From Eledone cirrhosa (lineage: Eukaryota), in NCBI GenBank assembly GCA_964016885.1, contig OZ024751.1, forward strand, positions 34,844,001 through 34,908,000: 64,000 nucleotides of DNA, read 5' to 3'. The position numbers and the translations under genes were made by a program. The notes under the pieces are model-generated. The model had not been told where the DNA came from and made no database searches. It saw nothing but the letters and a program-made list of their open reading frames with translations. Positions 1-64,000 of this stretch are shown one piece after another. Each line of letters opens with the position of its first letter. Position 1 is the stretch's first letter.

Positions 1-40
1 TTCAGGTGATTAACAGAATGGAATGAACTTCAATACTTGA

Positions 41-88
41 CACAGAGAAGACACCTCCGGGTGGAGGTTTTCATAATAATTATTTATT
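41..88 (-). promoter_or_regulatory. Candidate polyadenylation signal (AATAAA at 83-88) with downstream GT-rich element
   Basis: Minus strand reads AAAATAAATAATTATTATGAAAACC...GGTGTCTTCTCTGTGTC. Other hexamers exist (AATAAA near 1280, ATTAAA near 12327), so usage is unproven. Confidence 0.35.
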
Positions 89-1710
89 TTAATTAATAAG
101 TTTAATTTGCTTGTTTGTTGTTGGTGGTTTAAACTACAACAACAAAAATCAAAAAGAAACATCTCAAAAGAAAAATAAACAAAGATTAAAAAAATTATAA
201 TCTTATGAGGAAACAACAAAAAATAATAAAGGGTGGAAGGAGAGAAAGTGTGATAGAGAAAGAAAGGGATAGAAAGAGAGTATAAGAAGAGAATGAAAGA
301 GAGTGCATGTGATAGAATGAAAGTGAGTATTTGAAAGAGGGAGTGAGGGAGAGAGATGTAAAAATATGAAATGAATATAGAAAGAGTTGGATGTATGGAG
401 GATGTATGAAAGATATGGGGTGATGGAAGAATTTGGTAATGAAAACATACAACTGGGGAGGGGCGAGAATTCTCCTTCCTCATATTGAGAATGAAAACTA
501 ATATAAATAATATGATGACTGTAATAAGATGATGATCGATGAATAAAGGAAAAACATTTACTGTTATATTTGCAATGAATCAGGGAGCTTAGAAAGTTGA
601 TTACATTCTTTAAAACTAATGCATTTTGGGGGAGGTGTTTACACACATGTATGTGTCTGTAAGTATGTGTTTATGTGTACATGTATAAGTATGGTGTATG
701 TGCATGTTTGTGTACATGTGTCTACATGTACGTGTGCACAAATGTGGTGTATATGTATGTTTGTGTACATGTTTGTGTACATGTGCACAAGTATGTGTAC
801 GTGTGCACATGTATGTGTATGTTTGGGTACATGTGTGTAGGGAGGGATGGGAAGTGGAGGGAAGGCTTTTCAAATATAACAATAACAATTTGATGTTGCT
901 TATGCTGATGATGGTAGGGGTGGTATGGACAAGTATGATGTTGGTGGTGATGATGATGGGTGTTATATGGACAATAAGGCTGATAATGACAGTGGTACAG
1001 GTGATAATGATTTTAGTGTTGTTAACAGTGATTATGATAATGATGATGATTATCCTGATGATAGTGATGTTACTGGAGATGAAAGAAAAGGCACATGAAC
1101 AACACAAGTCTGTCAAAAATAATAATGTAAAAAGACACTTGAAAATTAAATATGGTTTGTTTGTTGCTGACTTAACTTGCTCACTTGTCAACTAGCTTGT
1201 CAACTAGCTTGCTTGGATGTGCTTTCCTCAAATTTCCAACAAATTATTAAAAGAATAATTGAGACAGATTCTGGTTGTATTTATTTCATTGTTCTTCAAT
1301 GTTTAATATCATCAATATTAGTAATAGTATTATTATTATTATTATTATCAGTCTCATCCTTCATCTGTATTTGTGTTTTGGGTGAGGTCTATTCACATGC
1401 CACATTAAATATTGGGCTATGGGTTCTGTCCCTCACAACATATAAATAGTTTTATCATTATTATTAACATCATTTGGTTTTGTTTTGTTTTGTTTTGTTT
1501 TTTGTTGCATTTTTTAGGGTTTCACATTTAATTTTTCTATGCTTGCTGTCTTTCCTTGGTGTATGGCCCCCAACATCAGTAAACCTTTCCACTTAATGGC
1601 AAAGAGGAGGGGGGTTATTGCCAAACTGGAGGGGGGGAGGGTCCACACAGAAAATACAAACAAAACAAAAAACAAATATTAAATAAACAAGAAAACATTT
1701 AAAAATTGAG

Positions 1711-4100
<2,390 letters not shown>

Positions 4101-4439
4101 TAAATTTATATATATAATTACTTGTCTGTGAGTGTGTGTGTGTACACAAAATACAAAAAGCACTCATCATATTTTACTGTTGCTATAGTTGGATTCAAAG
4201 GGTATAGAAAGGATATAGAAATCCCTTATGATTTAAAAAGAAAAGGGAGGGTGTAGGAACCACAGAGTGTTGTTTTGTTAATGTTGTTGTCGATGTGAAA
4301 GGTTTTGTCTTGAAAGATAAGATTAGGAGGGGAGGGCTCATTCAGGATTTGGTTTGATTTTGGTGTACATGCCTACACATGTTCATACACACATATACAC
4401 TTATATATACACGTACAAATACATGTAAATATACATTAA

Positions 4440-12240
<7,801 letters not shown>

Positions 12241-12728
12241 ACCTGTGTGCTGAGTGATGTCTTTTGACAAGGGTTGGAAATGGAGGTGTTTTGGGGGGGT
12301 TTTTTTGTAAATTTTCTTTTGGTGTTTTTAATGTTTTTTTTGTTTGTTTTCTTTTTTTGTGTATTGTATTTCATTTTGTTCTTTTTTTTTTGTTTTGCAT
12401 AACAACCTGGAAGTGAAACCTTGTCAGCATGTTTTGAAGCCCATGGCCAGCATGAGGGTGGTAGAGAGGGAGGAGGGGAGGTAGACATATGTGGAGGATG
12501 TAGAGGAAGAAGAGTAACAATCTTTTATGTAATGGGAGGAGTGAAAGAAAGAAGAAAGGAATGAAAAGAAGAAGTAAAGAAAGAATTAAAGGTGTCAAAA
12601 GTCTTTGTCCTAAAAAAAAAGTGACTTTTTTTCTTTCAAATAATTTTTTTTGTCTTTTTTTTTTGTTTGTTTCTTATGTGATGTTGAATAGTAAATGGTA
12701 GAAAAGAATTCCTAACTGACTGATGATG

Positions 12729-49559
<36,831 letters not shown>

Positions 49560-49844
49560 CTGAAATTAAACAGATATTTAAAATACATTTAATTAAATCT
49601 CATCTTGGTATTTTATTATATATTTATTCATATGTTATTTACACACACACAATCTCTCTCTTTCTTTCTCGCTCTGTCTATATCTATGGTAGTTGAAGTG
49701 GTGGTGATGATGGGGGTATAATCGGGGGGGGATAGTGATTATGCTTGTGATGGTGTAGTGATGAAGGTGATATTTATGACAATATATACATGAAATAAGA
49801 GAGATGTTTGTTGGTTGGCTCCTTCACATATATATGTATATATA

Positions 49845-51061
49845 CATCATCATCATCATCGTTTAACGTCCATCTTCCACGCTAGCATGGGTTTGGACGG
49901 GAATTTTCCCACTTGAGGCAAGTTGTCTTGCTCGTATAGGACTGTCTGGCGGGTTTTCTACGGCTGGATGCCCTTCCTAACAGCAACCACGTTTACAGTG
50001 TGGAATGGGAGGTTTTTACCGTGTTACCTACACTGCTACATTACAGCGTGGACTGTGTGTTTTTTTTGTCGTGACACCTACACGACCTCATTTGTTTCGG
50101 ACTGGATGTTGTGGTACGAACATAACTTTACATTGGAAGGGGTGGTGTGGATGGGGTGCGGGTAGTGGGGCCAGTTTGTATTTTTGTTAGAGGTGCCTAC
50201 TGACTGTAGGTTTCGCTTTGTACTTAGGCAAGGTCGGTCTTCTGTATTACTGTGTAGCGCCAAAGATCTCGGTCCAGTGACATTGTCTTGGAGAGGTGTG
50301 TGTGAGGTCGGAATTTATAAAGTCGTCCCAGGTTTTTCTGGGTCTGCCTACTCCGTGGCTACCGTCTATTTTTTATCGCCCTGCACTTTTTTATATAGCT
50401 GTCATCTTTCATGCGCATCACGTGACCGTACCAACGTAGTCTTCTCTCGAGTAAACAACATCTGATCCCTCTTATTCCTAATTTCTCCCTTAGTTCGTTT
50501 ATGCTTTGCCGTTCACGTATATTACTATTACACATCCAGCGGAGCATGCAAGCTTCGTCACTCTCCAGTCTGCGTATATCCTCTGCACACAATGCCCAGG
50601 TCTCACTGCCATGTAACATTGCTGTTCGTATGCAGGCATCATACAGCCTGCCTTTCATTTTTAAAGAGAACCCTTTAGCGGCCAATAGTGGTATAAGCTC
50701 TCTGAACTTTTTCCATCCCGTTCTGACTCTAGCTACTGTACTTTCAGAGCACCCGCCCCCACTGCTGATTTTGTCACCCAGGTAACGGAAGCTGTTCACT
50801 ATTTCTATAGAACCACCTGTGCAATGGAATGAGTTAGTATTCTGTTGGCACTTGCTGCTACTTATTGCACCAGAGCACCGGCCACATATAAAATCTATAT
50901 TCTTAGTTAGCTTACCTGTGATCCCACTACATCTTTTATGTAGCCATACTTTGCATTTGGGACATAAATGGAGTTTCTACCTACTCCTTTCCTACACACT
51001 GAGCATGGCCATTTCCCGGATGGGACCGGCGCCCTATTTTCATTCCTACAAACTAGAACTT
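49845..51061 (-). mobile_element. RTE LINE 3' fragment
   Basis: KVLVCR..WPCSVC and ORF 50359..50799; (GAT)n tail at 49845-49860; 5' end fused to microsatellite. Confidence 0.92.
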
Positions 51062-51099
51062 TATATATATACATACATACATATATATATATATACATA

Positions 51100-51189
<90 letters not shown>

Positions 51190-51280
51190 CATATATATAC
51201 ATACATATATATACATATATATACATACATACATATACATATATATACATACATACATATACATATATATACATACATAC

Positions 51281-51359
<79 letters not shown>

Positions 51360-51384
51360 CATATATATACATACATATATATAC

Positions 51385-51431
<47 letters not shown>

Positions 51432-51468
51432 CATACATATATATACATACATACATATATATATATAC

Positions 51469-51531
<63 letters not shown>

Positions 51532-51924
51532 CATACATATATATATATACATATATATATATACATACATATATATATATACATATATATATATATACAT
51601 ACATATATATATATACATATATATATATACATACATATATATATATACATATATATATATACATATATATATATACATATATATATATACATACATATAT
51701 ATATACATATATATATATACATACATATATATATATACATATATATATATACATACATATATATATATACATATATATATATACATACATATATATATAT
51801 ACATATATATATATACATATATATACATATATATATATACATACATATATATATATACATATATATATATACATATATATATATACATACATATATATAT
51901 ACATATATATATATATATACATAC

Positions 51925-51991
<67 letters not shown>

Positions 51992-52083
51992 CATACATAT
52001 ATATACATATATATACATACATATATATATATACATACATATATATATATATATATACATACATATATATATATACATACATA

Positions 52084-52115
<32 letters not shown>

Positions 52116-52272
52116 CATATATATACATACATACATATACATACATACATATATATACATACATACATATATATACATACATATACATACATACATATAT
52201 ATATATACATACATACACATACATACATATATATATATACATACATACACATACATACATATATATATATAC

Positions 52273-52311
<39 letters not shown>

Positions 52312-52337
52312 CATATATATATACATACATACATACA

Positions 52338-52369
<32 letters not shown>

Positions 52370-52373
52370 CATA
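51062..52373. repeat. (TA)n/(TACA)n microsatellite array
   Basis: Directly visible. Confidence 0.96.
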
Positions 52374-52968
52374 CATGGTGGCTGCCAACTCGTTTTCGAG
52401 TACGGCCACTACTTTATATCCATGTAGGAGAACCCCTACCGATGCGCTGAACGAGTGTGACTTTTCAGTCCGGCCAGCGACTTGAAAACTTTGGTACAAA
52501 CACTACACTTGTGACAATTATTGACACATAGTGCTGGGCCCATAGTACCATGCGACGACAAGTGCAGAGAGATCTCCAGATATAAAGCAATGCCTGTGCC
52601 GTGAAGCTTTTATAGTGAGCAAAGGCACTGCACAAAGCCATTCCCACTCTCTTAACCAAGATGATATTTACCAAAAAGAAGAACAAGTCAACATCATTGG
52701 ATACCATCAGGGTTGCAGGTGTTATATCAGAGTTTTCCTTCTCCTAGAATTCTGCCTTGACAAAGGCTAAGGGGTCATCTCTCCCGGTGATTTTGGATGG
52801 CCATTGACTCTTAAGAGTTCCTTTGCCCTTTGAGAGGTTTTGTTTTTAGTCCTGCAGGATGTCCAAAGTCACCCTCCTCACCAAGAAACCTTGGTGGGGT
52901 TGCCAGTTTAGTCGCCAACGACCCGACCATGGGACAGGTTGTACTGGGATACATGTTACCAGTAGCAC
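52374..52968 (-). mobile_element. Repeat resembling an RTE-clade LINE 5' UTR; partial second copy at 53068-53425
   Basis: About 355 bp shared between the copies; minus-strand CTAGGAGAAGGAAAACTCTGA and CTGGCAACCCCACC resemble RTE 5'-UTR motifs as I recall them. Confidence 0.55.
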
Positions 52969-53487
52969 ATACATACATACATATATATATACATACATAT
53001 ATATATATACATATATATATATATACATACATATAAATACATATACATATATATATATATATATATACATGGTGGCTGCCAACTCGTTTTCGAGTACGGC
53101 CCCTACTTTATATCCATGTAGGAGAACCCCTACCGATGCGTTAAACAAGTGTGACTTTTTAGTCCAGCCAGCGACTTGAAAACTCTGGTACAAACACTAG
53201 ACCTGTGACAATTCTTGACACAGTGCTGGGCCCACGGCACCATGTGACGACAAGTGCAGAGAGATCTCCAGATACAAAGCAATGCCTGTGCCGTGAAGCT
53301 TTTATAGTGAGCAAAGGCACTGCACAAAGCCAGTCTCACTCTCTTAACCAAGATGATATTTACCAAAAAGAAGAACAAGTCAACATCATTGGATACCATC
53401 AGGGTTGCAGGTGTTATATCAGAGTATGTATATATATATATACATACATATATATATACATACATATATATATACATACATATATAT

Positions 53488-53520
<33 letters not shown>

Positions 53521-53957
53521 TACATACATATATATATACATACATACATATATATATACATACATATATATATACATACATATATATATACATACATACA
53601 TATATATATACATACATATATATATACATACATATATATATACATATATATATATACATACATATATATATACCTACATATATATATATACATACATATA
53701 TATATATACATACATATATATATACATACATATATATATATACATACATATATATATATACATACATATATATATATACATACATATATATATATACATA
53801 CATATATATATACATACATAATATATATATACATACATATATATATACATACATACATATATATATATACATACATATATATATATACATACATACATAT
53901 ATATATATACATACATATATATATATACATACATATATATATATACATACATATATA

Positions 53958-55315
53958 TGAACTCCTATACGCAGACGACCTGACACTCATAGCGGAATCA
54001 ATGGCCGAGCTAGAGAAGAAATTCCAAACATGGAAGCACGGCCTAGAGTCAAAAGGACTTAAAATTAACCTGGCTAAGACCAAAGTACTAGTTTGTAGGA
54101 AAGAAAACAAGGCGGCGGTCCCTTCTGGGAAATGGTCGTGCTCGGTGTGTAGGAAAGGCGTAGGTAGAAACTCCATTTTATGTCCTAAATGCAAAGTATG
54201 GGTGCATAAAAGATGTAGTGGGATCACAGGTAGGCTAACTAAGAACATAGATTTTACATGTGGCCGGTGCTCTGGTGCAATAAGTAGCAGCAAGTGCCCA
54301 CAAACTACTAGCTCTTTCAATTGCGCAGAGGGTTCTATAGAAATAGTGGACAGCTTCCGTTACCTGGGCGATAAAATCAGCAGTGGGGGAGGGTGCTCTG
54401 AAAGTACTGTAGCTAGAGTCAGAACTGGTTGGAAAAAGTTCAGAGAGCTTATACCACTATTAGCTGCTAAAGGGTTCTCACTAAAAATGAAAGGCAGGTT
54501 GTACGATGCCTGCATACGAACAGCAATGCTGCATGGCAGTGAGACCTGGGCATTGTGTGCAGAGGATATACGCAGACTAGAGAGGAACGAAGCTTGCATG
54601 CTCCGCTGGATGTGTAACAGTAATATACGTGAACGGCAAAGCATAAACGAACTAAGGAATAAATTAGAGATAAGAGGGATCAGATGTTGTTTACTCGAGA
54701 GAAGGCTACGTTGGTATGGACACGTGATGCGCATGAAAGTCGATAGCTGTATAACAAAGTGCAGGGCAATAAAGATAGACGGTAGTCACGGAATAGGCAG
54801 ACCTAGAAAAACCTGGGACGAGCTGATAAACTCCGACATCACACACTTACACCTCTCCAAGACAATGTCACTGGACCGAGACCTTTGGCGGTACTCAGTA
54901 ACAGAGAAGACCCGCCTTACCTAAATATATAGTAAAACCTACTCCAGCCAGTAGGCATCTCTAACAAATACACCCCGTCCCACCACCCCCACCCGATCCA
55001 CACCACCCCGTTCTATGTAAAGTTATGTTGGTGCCGCGCCATCGAGGCCGAAACAAATGAGATCGTGTAGGTGTCACGACAAAAAAACACACAGTCCACG
55101 CTGTAATGTGGCCGTGTAGGCAACACGGTAAAAACCTCCCAGACCCACACTGTAAATGTGGTTGGTGTTAGGAAGGGCATCCAACTGTAGAAAACCTGCC
55201 AGACAGTCCTATGCGAGCAAGACAATCACTCTTGCCTCAAGTGGGACTACCCCCGTCCAAACCCATGCAAGCGTGGAACACGGACGTTAAACGCTGATGA
55301 TGATGATGATGATGA
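53958..55315 (+). mobile_element. RTE LINE 3' fragment, open frame from ELLYADD to the stop at 54924
   Basis: C-terminal part of ORF 53353..54924; (GAT)n tail; same subfamily as 49845-51061 and 25160-27733. Confidence 0.93.

Positions 55316-64000
<8,685 letters not shown>

Noticed and set aside
616-1195. Hydrophobic ORFs resembling membrane proteins
   Set aside because: Derived from degenerate (GT)n and (GAT)n simple repeats.
53353-54924. 523-aa ORF as a novel repeat-RT fusion gene
   Set aside because: Stop-free microsatellite happens to be in frame with a 5'-truncated LINE; the RT lacks its N-terminal motifs.

Overview
Eukaryotic genomic DNA, not prokaryotic. The kilobase-scale (TA)n/(TACA)n arrays, RTE-clade LINEs and tRNA-derived SINEs point to a coleoid cephalopod (Octopus-like); this is an inference. 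One host gene dominates: a minus-strand BRD10/KIAA2026-like gene. I reconstructed 13 phase-consistent GT-AG coding exons by hand (49559 down to the stop at 12729, about 2,539 aa: C-terminal half of a bromodomain, DDT/WHIM-like region, 1,749-aa low-complexity last exon). Its 5' exon(s) were not found in the window. The introns hold RTE LINEs (one with an open RT frame containing a PHD-type finger), two SINE families, a non-autonomous Helitron, mariner and hAT fossils, MITEs and minisatellites. The most unusual signals are: (i) a series of near-perfect fold-back inverted repeats next to microsatellites, one carrying a hammerhead-like motif typical of Penelope-like elements; (ii) the large microsatellite arrays share one strand polarity, so the transcribed strand reads UGUAUAUA (Pumilio element) over and over, including in a possible 12.6-kb 3' UTR. 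Nearly all long Y/I/M/H-rich ORFs in the track are microsatellite artefacts.
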